DNA of 64,000 nt from Sandaracinaceae bacterium (GCA_044220955.1 JBGAQA010000011.1:49661-113660); one strand, 5' to 3'; shown: positions 41,844 to 52,408, counted from the stretch's first letter. The notes: generated from the letters alone by a model not told the origin. Numbers and translations are program-made.

Positions 41844-43729
41844 GGACCGACGGCGGCGCCCTGCGCGAGCGCGATGGTGCGCGAGTCGCCGTCCGCGCCC
41901 ACGTAGTAGAGCGAGAGGGCACCGTCCAGCGCGATGGGCGACGGGGCGCGCACGGACACCGCGTCGAAGCCCGAGCCGTCGGCGGCCAGGATCGGGGCGC
42001 CGTCGTTCGCCGGACGCCAGTAGCCGATGTCGGCGGCGATCAACATGCCGATGCTCCAGCGCGAGCCGAGCCGTCCCGCGTAGTAGAGCCGGTAGACGTG
42101 GTCGTGCAGGATCAACGCTGGGTCGTCCACGTCGTCGGCGTCGAACGTGATCGTGGCGCTGCGCGCGGCGTAGACGTGGGCTTGCGCACGCGCACCGTCG
42201 ACGCATGAGGAGTCGGCGCCACAGATGCCCGCGCTCGGCGTCGCGCTCGCGCCGGCCGTGCCGAGCGTGAGCAGGACGAGCTCGGGCGCCGCTCCGCCGC
42301 CGCCCGCGTGGCGCACCACGAGCCGCGTCGGGTCACCCGGGACGAGCGCAGGCGAGCTCACGTCCCCCGCGAGGTCGACGACGACGTCGCTCGGGGCCCC
42401 GAGCGCGAGCACGTCCGCGCTCGCGCTCGTCGCGACCACGAGCGAGCGCATGCCCCCGTGGACGCGCGTCGCGTAGAGCGACCAGGCGCCGGACGCGAAG
42501 CCGAGCGCGGGGCTCTCGTACGCCTCGCCTGCAGCCGGAGCGAGCAGGGGCTGCGTCGCGCCCGAGGGGGCGCGCACGTGGAACGCACCGTCGCCCTCGA
42601 GCCCCGCCACGAACACCGCGCTGGCGCCGGCGCTGCCCATCGCGGCGGCCGCGAACGCGAGGTAGGTGTCGGTCCCGTCGCTCGCCACGCTCGGGTCGCT
42701 CGCGCTCGCGAGCAGCGCCGCTCCCGTGTGGTCGACGATCGTGACCGGCCCGACGCGCGTCAGTGCAGCCGGCTGATCGCAGCCGCGCGCGCTCACGTCG
42801 AGCGAGCCGATCCGCGCCGGCAGCGCGCTCCCCGACGCCCCCGGGTTCGTGGCGCGGCCGAAGAACGCGGCACGGACGGGCGCGCTCGGCAGCGGGACCG
42901 ACGCGCCGAGCGTCGTTCCGTCGTGGAGCGTCGCGGTGACGCGGCCGCTCGGGTCCACCGTCAGCGTGTACTCGTGCAGCAGCCCGTCCGTGGGCGCGGC
43001 GGCGGTCCCCGCGATCGACTCGCCGAGCAGCAGCAGTACCTGCCGCCTCGCGGCGCTGACGACGACGGCCGCGAGCGGGACGACGTGGGCGCTCGGCCCG
43101 CCCTCGAGAAGACCAAGCCCGACGGCGTCGACCTCGCCCGTGCCGTCCGGCACGCCCAGGCGCGCGCTCAGCGTGACGATCGAGGCGCGCGGATCGAGCG
43201 GCTCGCCCAGGATGCCGCCGCTGTCGGTGCCGCGGTCGCTCTGCGGCGCGAACGCACCGTCGGCGGTGCGCACGGGGCCCACGTCGCCGAACGTCGTGAA
43301 CGAGGCGAGATCGGCGCAGGGCGGGGCGGCGCACGCGAACTCGAGGTGCACGCTCGCGCCGGGCCGCGTGCAGCAGATCTCACTGCTGGTGCCCACGCAG
43401 CACGAGGGCGCGGCGCTGCAGCTCGTGTCGCCGCAGTCGACGCCTCCTCCCGCGTTCTGGTCCACACCATCGAGGCACGCGGCTGCGTAGGCGCCAGGGT
43501 CCGCGGCGTCGGCCTCCGTGCCGAGGCCGGCGTCGGTCCCGGCGCCCACGTCGGGCACCGAAGCCAGCCCGCCGTCGACGCTGCCCGCGTCGTCCGACCT
43601 GGTGGGCCCCGTGTCGGGTGCTCGGCCGTCGATTCCCGCAGAGCACGCGAGCGCCAGCGGGAGCGCGAGCGCGAGCCACGCCACACCGATCCACCCGGCA
43701 CCGCGCCAGAGCCGACTCCCTGCGCTCAT
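41840..43729 (-). CDS. Lipoprotein C: Cys/Asp motif + beta-sandwich + glycosidase-like propeller
   Basis: LALAC lipobox; ACLDGVDQN....DCGD..C...[11 protein letters not shown]...YRLYYAG...WSIG...GFDAVSV..P. Confidence 0.7.
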   Translation of the reverse strand: MSAGSRLWRGAGWIGVAWLALALPLALACSAGIDGRAPDTGPTRSDDAGSVDGGLASVPDVGAGTDAGLGTEADAADPGAYAAACLDGVDQNAGGGVDCGDTSCSAAPSCCVGTSSEICCTRPGASVHLEFACAAPPCADLASFTTFGDVGPVRTADGAFAPQSDRGTDSGGILGEPLDPRASIVTLSARLGVPDGTGEVDAVGLGLLEGGPSAHVVPLAAVVVSAARRQVLLLLGESIAGTAAAPTDGLLHEYTLTVDPSGRVTATLHDGTTLGASVPLPSAPVRAAFFGRATNPGASGSALPARIGSLDVSARGCDQPAALTRVGPVTIVDHTGAALLASASDPSVASDGTDTYLAFAAAAMGSAGASAVFVAGLEGDGAFHVRAPSGATQPLLAPAAGEAYESPALGFASGAWSLYATRVHGGMRSLVVATSASADVLALGAPSDVVVDLAGDVSSPALVPGDPTRLVVRHAGGGGAAPELVLLTLGTAGASATPSAGICGADSSCVDGARAQAHVYAARSATITFDADDVDDPALILHDHVYRLYYAGRLGSRWSIGMLIAADIGYWRPANDGAPILAADGSGFDAVSVRAPSPIALDGALSLYYVGADGDSRTIALAQGAAVGP

Positions 43730-45705
43730 GGGATCTCCTGCGTGGCCACGGCTGGCTGGGTCGTCGTCCCGTCGGTCGCCGTGTAGTAGAGGGTGAGCCG
43801 GTTCGAGGCGTCCACGCTCACGTCGGGATCGCTCACCGAGACCGCGTCGAAGCCGCTGCCGCTGCCCGACAGGATCGCGTCGGGGTAGGCCAGCTCGAAG
43901 TGCGCGAAGTCCGGCGATCGCAGCACGCCGATGGACCAGCGCGCGCCGCGCCGCGCCGCGAAGAACACCCGGACGACGCCGCCGTACGACACGACCTCGG
44001 GCGCTGCGATCTCGTCGTGGTCGAAGGCCGTGTCCACGGAGGCGCGGTTGGCGTAGAGCGCGTCGTCGGGGCTGACCGGGCTCGCCTGCGTGTAGAACTG
44101 CGGGGTCTCGACGGTGTTGCGCGTCTCGAGGTCCGTGCCGAGCAGCGCGCTCGAGCCGACCAGCTCCACGGCGCGCAGCTCGGAGTGGGCAGCGTCCACG
44201 ATGGCGCGGAAGACGATCCAACGGTGCAGGACCTCCGGCATCCCGCTCCCGGCGGGGGTGAGCGTCTCGAAGTACGCGGGCCCATCGACGCCCACGGCGT
44301 GGACCGCGTCGGGCGGCACGAGCTGCCGAGGCACGCTCATCGTCACGCGCGAGAGCACGTCCGTGTCGAAGTCGAGGTAGCCGATCGAGCGCGTGCCCGC
44401 CGCGTCGATCCCGGTGAAGAAGAGGCGGCGGTTCTCGTCGATCGCGACGAGCTCCGGGTCGGCGATCCCGCTCGCCAGGAACGTCGCCTCGCCGGGCGCC
44501 AGGATGCGGTCGCCGGTGGGACCGGGGCGGCCCAGCGGCTGGAGGTGCCCGCTCGCATCGACGCCCGCGACGTAGATCGAGCCGTTCATCTCGTAGACGG
44601 CCCGGGAGCCGACGCGCGACACGCTGCGGATGGCGCCCGTCCCGGGGAGCGTCGTGAACGCGGCGCCCGGGGCGCGCGAGGGCTCGATCACGTCACACGC
44701 CGTGCGGCCCACCGAGACCGAGCGCACCCAGGCGTGCACGCCATCGAGGCCTGGGTTGGTGGAACGGCCGTACGCGACCACGTGCGCGGCCGTCGAGGGC
44801 TCGTACGGGCGCGCGCTCTCGAGCGTCACCCAGGTCGTGCTCGGCGGCACGCGGTAGTAGGCGTCGAAGGTGCCGGCCGGGCTCGTCTCGATCCGGACCT
44901 CGAGGTCGCCGCACGCGGGGCTCGCGATCTCCGCGAGGGGGTGCGTCGGGAACGCCACGTCGCCGGCGACCGCGCGGAGGGTCTGGTCGGTGGCCGAGAG
45001 GACCACCGCGACGAGCGGCCGCACGTGGACGCTGGCCGTGCTCGCAAGATCGGGCTGCTCGGTCAGCCCGACCGCGATCGCGTCGAGCGTGCTCGCGCTG
45101 GTCTGGCTGACGCCGAGAGTCGCCTCGAGGCCGAGCGCCCCGACGGTCGTGTCGAGGCTCGCGGTCGCGACCGCGCCGCCGTCGGACCGATCGCTGCCCT
45201 GCGGGGCCATGCTCTCGCCGGCGAGGCACGAGCCACCGTCGCTGCGCGTCGTCGCGAGCACCGGGCCCGGCGTGCCGAACGCGACCGCGCCGCCGATGCA
45301 GTTCGCGAGCGGCCCGGCGCAGCCCGCGAGCGCCAGCACCGGCGCGAGCGTCGTCGGCGGGGCGCAGCAGTCACGCGTCGTCGAGCCGACGCAGCAGATC
45401 GGGAGCGCGCCGCAGCTCGCGGTGTCGGCGCAGTCGGTCAGGCGATCCCCGTCGTCGTCCAGGAAGTCGGCGCACGCGATGTCGCTCGTCTCCCGGCCGG
45501 CGGTCCCCGAGTCCATCAGCGCCGGACCGAGCGCGTCGGGCATGCCGCCTGGGCCCGCGTCGTCCGAGACCGACGCCGCGTCCGTGCGGGCGCCAGCGTC
45601 GGTGACGAAGCTCGGCGTCGAAGCGCCCCCGGCGCAGCTGGGCCCGAGCGCCAGGCCGAGCAGCGCCGACATCACCAGCCATCCACGTCCTCGTTGGGTT
45701 CGCAT
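43726..45705 (-). CDS. Lipoprotein B, paralogue of C
   Basis: Hydrophobic leader ending GPSC; ACADFLDDDGD.LTDCAD...CC; FDHDEIAAP...RVFFAAR.GARWSIG...GFDAVSVSDP. Confidence 0.7.
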   Translation of the reverse strand: MRTQRGRGWLVMSALLGLALGPSCAGGASTPSFVTDAGARTDAASVSDDAGPGGMPDALGPALMDSGTAGRETSDIACADFLDDDGDRLTDCADTASCGALPICCVGSTTRDCCAPPTTLAPVLALAGCAGPLANCIGGAVAFGTPGPVLATTRSDGGSCLAGESMAPQGSDRSDGGAVATASLDTTVGALGLEATLGVSQTSASTLDAIAVGLTEQPDLASTASVHVRPLVAVVLSATDQTLRAVAGDVAFPTHPLAEIASPACGDLEVRIETSPAGTFDAYYRVPPSTTWVTLESARPYEPSTAAHVVAYGRSTNPGLDGVHAWVRSVSVGRTACDVIEPSRAPGAAFTTLPGTGAIRSVSRVGSRAVYEMNGSIYVAGVDASGHLQPLGRPGPTGDRILAPGEATFLASGIADPELVAIDENRRLFFTGIDAAGTRSIGYLDFDTDVLSRVTMSVPRQLVPPDAVHAVGVDGPAYFETLTPAGSGMPEVLHRWIVFRAIVDAAHSELRAVELVGSSALLGTDLETRNTVETPQFYTQASPVSPDDALYANRASVDTAFDHDEIAAPEVVSYGGVVRVFFAARRGARWSIGVLRSPDFAHFELAYPDAILSGSGSGFDAVSVSDPDVSVDASNRLTLYYTATDGTTTQPAVATQEIP

Positions 45706-45788
45706 CGGTTCCGGAGGGCCCAGCGTGGCACAGGCGCGCGAGGGCCGAGCAAAACGATCCACGTCTTGTGCCAAGCTTCCCGAGCCGC

Positions 45789-47900
45789 TCACCTGTCGCG
45801 AGGCCAGAGCTGCTCGAGCGGGACGAGCCCGTAGGTGAGGCCCGATCCCGTGTCCACCCAGCGCTCGACCATCAGTCGAACCCGGGTGGGCTCGTCGCTG
45901 ATGCGCGTGGCGGTGATGCCGTGGAGCTGACACCCGATGCCGCAGCTCCCGAACACGCTGCTTCGCTCCGTGAGCACCGGATTGCCGGGGAAGGTGCGGA
46001 ACGCGGGAGGGGTCCCGTCGGGCGCGCCGGCTGGAGGCGTGCCCTCGACGTACAGCACCACCGTATCGGAGGTCGTCGGGCGCGCGGTCAGCCAGAGGCG
46101 GTAGGTCGGTGTGTGTGTCGAGCTCGCCGTGTCCAGGTAGTCGTAGACGACGCCTGCCACGTCGGTGACGCCCTGCTGGGCGAGGGCTCCGAGCTGGTCG
46201 GGACCGAGCTCGATGCCGGGCAGTCGCGACGCGTTGCTGCCGTCGAAGCGTGCAGCGTGGACGACCGGCGGGAACGAGTCGCAGACGTAGAGCAGCAGCC
46301 AGTCGGTCGACCGGGGCATCGGGAGCAGCAGCGGGTTCCGCAGCGAGGGGCAGCGCGTGGCGTCTTCGTCGAGGGAGATCGGCGTCAGCGAGCCGCCCAG
46401 GATCCGCGCGGGCCGACTGGTCGCGTCGATCAAGCTCGCGAAGAGGGCGAGGTGCCCTCCGGCGGTCTGCTCCCCCGACCAGACCACGCGCAGCGCGCTG
46501 AGCGAGAGCGGGTCGCGGCCGTCCGGGAAGAACGTCGGGTCCCGCACGACCAGCGGCGACTCGACGACGGCGTTGCCGGCGGCGGTCGAGGGCGCCGTGC
46601 ACGGGATCGCCATCGGCGCCGGCATGCCGCGCGGCATCCAGTCGTGGCAGTCCCCGCTGAGGATGCGCTCCGTGCCGCTCGTCGCCGTGGTGTCGGCCCC
46701 GCCGATCGAGAGCGGGAGGTGGCCGATCACGTCGCTCGCGCGGTCGACGGGCGAGCCGTCGAAGAGGAGCACGAACGTGTGTCGCGAGCCGATCCGGCCC
46801 TCGAGCAGCGAAGGATCGCCGATGCCGCCGCGGCCCCACCCGGACGTGTGGTCCGCGGAGCTCACGGTCATGGTCACCGCGTCGACGACGTCGTCGTGCG
46901 GCAGCGCATCGAAGCGCGCGGGGTTGGCGCAGTCGAGCTGCGCGACGCTCACGTTGTCGAGCGCGACGTGGCTGCCGACGCCCTCGATCCCGAGACGCAG
47001 TCCGTGGCAGCTGCTCGTGCCGAACACGTCGCGGTCGGCGACGAAGAGACCGGAGACGAGCGGGACACGCCAGCCCATCGGGTCGGGCACCGAGACGGCG
47101 ACCGAGGCCACGATCGCCGCTCGCCCCTCGGCGAGGCCCGGCGAGAGGTTCACCACGACGCTGGCGACCCGGGCGCCGATCGGCATCGTGCTGGTCGCGC
47201 GAACCGAGCTGCCCTGGAGCACGTCGACGTGCATCACGCCCGCCGCGTCGGTGGCGCCGCGAACGGCGAGGTCGGCGGTGAGCATGCCGCTGAAGGTCGC
47301 CGAGGGGCCGACGACGACGTCGACGTGTCCGGAGCAGTCCTCGCCGGACGTGCACGGCGTCGCGCGGAGATCGAAGCGGAGCTCGGCGCCCAGGTCCACC
47401 TGCACGCACGCGCCGTTGACCATGCCCGTCAGCGTGCCGCCGAGGTTGACCAGCGCGCCGGCCGAGATCGCCCCGACGATGCTCGCGGGCGCGTTCCAGT
47501 CGCTCTGCGTCGTCCACGCCGAGGTGGTCATGTCGATGTTGAAGCGCTCCACCGTGGGGGTGCCGCCAGGCGCGCAGCACTCGATCGCCATCGCCGCGAC
47601 GCAGTCCGGGTCGGCGCAGTCCGTCAGGCCGTCGCAGTCGTCGTCGATGCCGTCGCCGCAGCCGTCTTCCCTCGTGTGGCGGCCGGGGCAGACGAACGCG
47701 TCGGTGTTCGCGTCGACGCCCCCGTCGCTCGCGTCGTCACCCGCGTCGAGGCCGCCGTCGTCGGGGCCGGCCTCGACGCCCGCGTCGAGGCCGCTGGCGT
47801 CGAGCCGCCCCGGGTCGAAGCGATTGAAGACCGAGCAGCCTCCGAGCGCGAAGGCGAGGGCGAGGGCGAGGGCGACCGGCGCGGTGCGTGACGTCCTCAT
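45789..47900 (-). CDS. Lipoprotein A, more distant paralogue
   Basis: LGGC lipobox; GCGDGIDDDCDGLTDCADPDC....CC; IGDPS, VRDPT, LRNPL blade-like motifs; GNPVL. Confidence 0.65.
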   Translation of the reverse strand: MRTSRTAPVALALALAFALGGCSVFNRFDPGRLDASGLDAGVEAGPDDGGLDAGDDASDGGVDANTDAFVCPGRHTREDGCGDGIDDDCDGLTDCADPDCVAAMAIECCAPGGTPTVERFNIDMTTSAWTTQSDWNAPASIVGAISAGALVNLGGTLTGMVNGACVQVDLGAELRFDLRATPCTSGEDCSGHVDVVVGPSATFSGMLTADLAVRGATDAAGVMHVDVLQGSSVRATSTMPIGARVASVVVNLSPGLAEGRAAIVASVAVSVPDPMGWRVPLVSGLFVADRDVFGTSSCHGLRLGIEGVGSHVALDNVSVAQLDCANPARFDALPHDDVVDAVTMTVSSADHTSGWGRGGIGDPSLLEGRIGSRHTFVLLFDGSPVDRASDVIGHLPLSIGGADTTATSGTERILSGDCHDWMPRGMPAPMAIPCTAPSTAAGNAVVESPLVVRDPTFFPDGRDPLSLSALRVVWSGEQTAGGHLALFASLIDATSRPARILGGSLTPISLDEDATRCPSLRNPLLLPMPRSTDWLLLYVCDSFPPVVHAARFDGSNASRLPGIELGPDQLGALAQQGVTDVAGVVYDYLDTASSTHTPTYRLWLTARPTTSDTVVLYVEGTPPAGAPDGTPPAFRTFPGNPVLTERSSVFGSCGIGCQLHGITATRISDEPTRVRLMVERWVDTGSGLTYGLVPLEQLWPRDR

Positions 47901-49234
47901 CAGAGCCCCTCGAAGCGAGCGCTCATCGCGAGCGTGGCGCCGCCGGAGGTGGGCGCGAGCACGAAGCGCGCCTCGGAGTCGCCGCCGCCCGCGTCGACGA
48001 ACAGGCTGACCAGTGCGGCGATCCCGAGCGCGGCCGTCACGCCCCAGGTCACGTCGGCCGCGAGGTTCTCGTCGTTGCCCGAGGCGAGCAGCTCCGGGGT
48101 CGGGCTGGCGTCGTACTGCTGGCGACGCTGGAGCACGTCGACCGAGAGGCCGATGCCGCACCCGAGCCCGACGATCGCCAGCGAGCCGAGCACGCCGCGC
48201 ATCGCCAGGATGCCGCCGTCGCTCGCGCGCGCGAGGTGCACATCGAGGCGCATCGGGCTGCCCGCGACGAACGTGCCGTGCACCGTCGCGGGCGCGCGCC
48301 CGTCCGCCTCGATCCGGACCTCGTGTGGCCCGGGCTCGATGCCGACGACCACGTCGCTGCCGCGCGTGAGCTCCGCACCGTCGACGACGATGCGCGCCGC
48401 GACGTCGGCATGGACTCCGAGCGGCACGCTCGTCGGCGACGCGGTGTGCACGGCACCGGCGAGGTCGATCACCATCGGCGCGGCCCCCGCGACGACCTCG
48501 AAGCGTCGCTCGACGGGGAGGGCCCCCGGGACCTCGAGCCGGAGCACGTGCGGTCCGGGCGTCACGTCCGTGGACGCCCCCGCGCGGATGGGCGCGTCGT
48601 CGAGCGTCAGGCGTCCCTCGTCGGGCGCGAGCACCTGCAGCGAGACGGGGTTCGCGCTCAGGGCGACCGCCACCGCGTGCGACTCGCCGGTCGTCGCGCT
48701 GGCGGCGGCCTCGGTCTCGTGGTGTCCCGGCGCCGTGAGGTAGAGGTGGTGTTCGCCCGCGGGCACCGCCACCTCGAGCGGCGTGTGTCCGCGCGAGGCC
48801 AGGTCTCGTCGGTCGACCCACACGTCCGCGCCGCTCGGCGTGCTCGTGATGGCGAGCACCGCGACGTGCGCGCGCGCGGCCTCGCGGTGCGTGCTCCCGT
48901 CGGCCCGCTCCGCGTCCGAGAGCCCGGTGACGCCGAGGTACTCCGTCCAGTAGTTGAAGCACTCGTCCCAGCGCCCGAGCTGCTCGAGGACGATCGCGGT
49001 GTTGTAGAGCACGTTGCGGCTGCGGATGATCCGCAGGCTCGAGAAGTAGTCGCTGAGCGCGGCCTCGAGCTCGTGTGCGCGGCGCTCGCCGCGCAACCGC
49101 TGGGAGCGCTGGAAGTGACCGTTGCCGCTCGCGAAGAGCGCAGTCGCCTCGGCCACGTCGTCGGCGCGCGCGCGCGCGGGCGCGAGCGAGAGCAGGCCGG
49201 CCAGCAGCGCGAGCGTGGTGAAGCGAAGCAACAT
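47900..49234 (-). CDS. Exported TPR-like + PEGA-domain protein with hydrophobic C-terminal hairpin and beta-signal-like end
   Basis: Signal ending ARA-D; NVLYN.A...E.LG....C..YW..YL; ITSTPSGADVWVD.....G.TPL....GEH; ends FVLAPTSGGATLAMSARF. Confidence 0.8.
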   Translation of the reverse strand: MLLRFTTLALLAGLLSLAPARARADDVAEATALFASGNGHFQRSQRLRGERRAHELEAALSDYFSSLRIIRSRNVLYNTAIVLEQLGRWDECFNYWTEYLGVTGLSDAERADGSTHREAARAHVAVLAITSTPSGADVWVDRRDLASRGHTPLEVAVPAGEHHLYLTAPGHHETEAAASATTGESHAVAVALSANPVSLQVLAPDEGRLTLDDAPIRAGASTDVTPGPHVLRLEVPGALPVERRFEVVAGAAPMVIDLAGAVHTASPTSVPLGVHADVAARIVVDGAELTRGSDVVVGIEPGPHEVRIEADGRAPATVHGTFVAGSPMRLDVHLARASDGGILAMRGVLGSLAIVGLGCGIGLSVDVLQRRQQYDASPTPELLASGNDENLAADVTWGVTAALGIAALVSLFVDAGGGDSEARFVLAPTSGGATLAMSARFEGL

Positions 49235-49250
49235 CCCCAAGCGATCCCCC

Positions 49251-50867
49251 TCAGATCTCGGTCTTGATCGCCGTCGTCGCGCCGGTCTCGGGCACGCGCC
49301 GCCGCGGCCGTAGGCGCACGACGACGGGCGTTCCATCCTCCGGCGTCACGTGGAGCGTCTCGTCCAGGAAGCCGTCGCGGTGGAAGACGACGACCTGCTC
49401 CCCTTCGCGCGGCAGGTCTTGCATGCAAGGCGTCGTGCAGAGGACCGTGTCGCCCTGCCGCACCTCGGCCCCGTTCGGCGTCGAGCCGAAGCTCACCGTC
49501 ACCACCGCGGGGGGCTCCACACCGCGCGGGGGCTCCACGACCGAGGCGCTCGGTGGAGGTGGCGCCACGACCAGGCTCGTCGGCGGCGCGACGAGCGCCG
49601 TGTCCGGCGGCGTCGTGCCCGTGCCCGCGGGCGCGGTCGTGGTCGTGACCCCGCCCGACGTCGCGAACGCGACGACCCCGATCAGCGCCAGCGTCGCGAT
49701 GCCGATCCCGGCCCACAGTGGGGCCCGCGAAGCAGGCACGAGCGTGTCCGAGCTGGAGATGGCGGTGTGGACCGCGCGCCGCTCGCCGCTCTCGCGCGGA
49801 GGCGGCGTCGAGCGGGCCTGGCCCATCGCCGCGGCCGGCACGTCCGGCACTGCGTCGTGCATCGCCTTCGCGAGCTCCTCCATCGACTGGAAGCGTTGAT
49901 CGCGCTCCTTCGCCAGCGCCTTGAGCACCACCGGACCGAGCTTCTCCGGCACGAACACGTTCGGGTTGCGCTGCTCGACGGGCACCGGCGCTTCGTTGCC
50001 ATGCTTCCACAGCAGCTCGAAGTAGTTCTTCCCGTCGAAGGGCGGGACGCCCGTGAGCATCTCGTAGAGCATCACCCCGAGCGCGTACACGTCGACGCGC
50101 AGGTCGATCTCGGTCTCGCCGCGGGCCTGCTCGGGCGACATGTAGAGCGGGGTCCCGACGAGCTGGCCGGTGCGCGTCATCCGCACCCCCTCCGCCTCGG
50201 CGCTCTTGACCTTCGAGATGCCGAAGTCGAGCACCTTGACGCGCTCCGTGGCCCCCTTCGTCGCGAGGAACACGTTCTCGGGCTTCAGGTCCCGGTGCAC
50301 GATGCCCCGCGCGTGCGCCGCGCCGAGCGCGCCGCAGATCTGCTGGGCGATCTTCACCGTGTCGTGGGCGACGATCGGGCCGCGCCCGAGGCGTGCGGCG
50401 AGGCTCTCGCCGCGCAGGAGCTCCATCACGATGAAGACCGAGCCGTCCTCGAACGTGTCGAAGTTCGTGACGTCGACGATGTTGTCGTGGTCGATGCTGC
50501 TGGCTGCGATGGCCTCCTGCTTCAGCCGCTCGACGGCGTTGCCGTTCTTCGCGACCGTCGCGGTCAGGACCTTCACCGCGTACTGCTTGTTGAGGTGGAC
50601 GTGGCGCGCCGCGTACACGGCGCCCATCCCGCCCTCTCCGATCTTCGCCTCGACCCGGTAGACGTTCGAGAGCACGCGGCCGACCCAGGCGTCCGGCTCG
50701 CCCTCTTCGAGGGGGGAGGGCACGCGCGGTGTGTCGCGCACGTCGCCCGGCCCCAGGGCCGTCGTCGCGAACCCGGGGTGCGACTTGGCGGCCGCGGGCG
50801 GCGGCTCGTGGGAAGAGCGCGAGCGGTCGATCTCCTCCTGGGTCGTCGCAGCGCGCTCGTCGGCCAT
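49251..50867 (-). CDS. Membrane Ser/Thr protein kinase with an extracytoplasmic PEGA-like domain
   Basis: GEGGMG, AVK, HRDLKPEN, DFG, GTPLYMSPE; TM WAGIGIATLALIGVVAFA; STPNGAEV.......CTTPC. Confidence 0.92.
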   Translation of the reverse strand: MADERAATTQEEIDRSRSSHEPPPAAAKSHPGFATTALGPGDVRDTPRVPSPLEEGEPDAWVGRVLSNVYRVEAKIGEGGMGAVYAARHVHLNKQYAVKVLTATVAKNGNAVERLKQEAIAASSIDHDNIVDVTNFDTFEDGSVFIVMELLRGESLAARLGRGPIVAHDTVKIAQQICGALGAAHARGIVHRDLKPENVFLATKGATERVKVLDFGISKVKSAEAEGVRMTRTGQLVGTPLYMSPEQARGETEIDLRVDVYALGVMLYEMLTGVPPFDGKNYFELLWKHGNEAPVPVEQRNPNVFVPEKLGPVVLKALAKERDQRFQSMEELAKAMHDAVPDVPAAAMGQARSTPPPRESGERRAVHTAISSSDTLVPASRAPLWAGIGIATLALIGVVAFATSGGVTTTTAPAGTGTTPPDTALVAPPTSLVVAPPPPSASVVEPPRGVEPPAVVTVSFGSTPNGAEVRQGDTVLCTTPCMQDLPREGEQVVVFHRDGFLDETLHVTPEDGTPVVVRLRPRRRVPETGATTAIKTEI

Positions 50868-50880
50868 CCCGGCGGCGATC

Positions 50881-51495
50881 TTACTTGCGGACGGGCGCGT
50901 GGTCACGCGGCGCCGGCGAGGGCGCGTCGTCGAGGACCCTCGGAACCGCGCGCGACGCGATCGCGGCGCGTGCGGCCATCGCCTCGAGGGCGGCCGCGGG
51001 GATGCCGGCCGGGTTGCGGGAGCGGCGCGTCGCCGGCGACTTGGTCATCACGACCGAGGCGCAGAGCTTGTCGAGCAGCGCCAGCAAGCGCTGCTCCTCG
51101 GCCTCGCTCAGCCCCGAGAACACGTTGCGCGCGCCAGCGTCCACCACGGGCGCGAGGGCCTCCGCGAGCGCCTTGCCCTTGGTGGTGAGCCGGACCAGGC
51201 GCCGCCGGCGATCGCGCGCGTCGACCTTGATGCTCACGAGCTTCTCTTCGGCCATGCGGGCCACCAGGCGGCTCACGCCGGCGGCATCGAGCCCCGCGTC
51301 GAGCGTCAGCTCCTGCTGCGAGACGGCCCCCTCGATCGCGAGGCGGATCAGCACCTGATACTGCGGCACCGACGCGCCGAGCGGGGCGAGGCAGCGGTTG
51401 AGCTCGCCGAAGGTCACGCGCCTCAAGAACGTGAATCGCTTGGCGATCTCGTGCGCGATGGCGTTACGCGGAACGGGGTGGTCCATGGTGTCCAT
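50881..51495 (-). CDS. MarR-family transcriptional regulator
   Basis: QYQVL..L, SQQEL, VSRLV..M, D.RDRRRRLVRLT.KG. Confidence 0.88.
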   Translation of the reverse strand: MDTMDHPVPRNAIAHEIAKRFTFLRRVTFGELNRCLAPLGASVPQYQVLIRLAIEGAVSQQELTLDAGLDAAGVSRLVARMAEEKLVSIKVDARDRRRRLVRLTTKGKALAEALAPVVDAGARNVFSGLSEAEEQRLLALLDKLCASVVMTKSPATRRSRNPAGIPAAALEAMAARAAIASRAVPRVLDDAPSPAPRDHAPVRK

Positions 51496-51640
51496 GCGTT
51501 CTTACCCGAAGCGGGGCTCGAGCGTTACGTGCGTGAAAGATTACGCGGATCTTCCTCACGGTCCGCGCGCCCCCGCCTTCCACTTCCCATGCTAACCCTC
51601 GCCCACGACTTCGCTCCAGTCGAGCGTGCGTAGGGGCACC

Positions 51641-52396
51641 ATGTCCTTTCTGGATCTCACCCAAGAGTGTCTCGACGCCGCGGAGGGCAAGCTGCCCGGC
51701 CCGGTGATCGGTCCCGACGGAAAGAAGGGCAAGCCGCCGCTCCGCTTGCAGGTGCTCAAGAACACCTTCCTCGAGAAGTGGTTCGCGCAGGCCCACCCCG
51801 TCACCCCGGGTGTGTGGTTCGGCCCGGTCGTCGCGTACGGTCTGTACCGTGGCGCCCTCGAGCACCACGCCCTGGTGGTGCCGGCCTTCCTCGGCGGCGC
51901 GCTGATCACCACGCTGATCGAGTACTGCCTGCACCGCTTCGCGTTCCACTTCGAGGCGAAGAACGAGGGCCAGCGCCTGCAGGTCTTCCTGATGCACGGC
52001 TACCACCACGAGTTCCCGAACGATCCGATGCGGCTCGTCCTGCCGCCGATCGCGATCTGGCCCATCGCGGCGGTCCTCGGCACGATCTGGTGGTTCGTGT
52101 TCGGCGCCTGGTTCTGGCCGGTGTTCGCGGGCACGGCGGCGGGCTACATCGCCTACGACTGGACCCACTACTACACCCACCACTTCAACCCCAAGAGCGG
52201 CCCGGGCAGGTGGCTCAAGCGCTACCACATGCTCCACCACCACGACTCGCCCAACCACCGCTACGGCATCACGTCGCCGCTCTGGGATCTGGTGTTCGGC
52301 ACCTACCTCGGGCTGAAGTCGATGGCGCGCCAGGGCGGCAAGCACGCCCCGCCCGCCGGCGTGGCGGCCGACACGAACTTCACCGCCGAGGGGTGA
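51641..52396 (+). CDS. Fatty acid 2-hydroxylase / sterol-desaturase-family di-iron enzyme
   Basis: EYCLHRFAFH, HGYHHEFP.D..RLVLPP, YDWTHYYTHH, LKRYHMLHH, YGITSPLWD. Confidence 0.88.
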   Translation: MSFLDLTQECLDAAEGKLPGPVIGPDGKKGKPPLRLQVLKNTFLEKWFAQAHPVTPGVWFGPVVAYGLYRGALEHHALVVPAFLGGALITTLIEYCLHRFAFHFEAKNEGQRLQVFLMHGYHHEFPNDPMRLVLPPIAIWPIAAVLGTIWWFVFGAWFWPVFAGTAAGYIAYDWTHYYTHHFNPKSGPGRWLKRYHMLHHHDSPNHRYGITSPLWDLVFGTYLGLKSMARQGGKHAPPAGVAADTNFTAEG

Positions 52397-52408
52397 AGGG
52401 CGGGCCGC

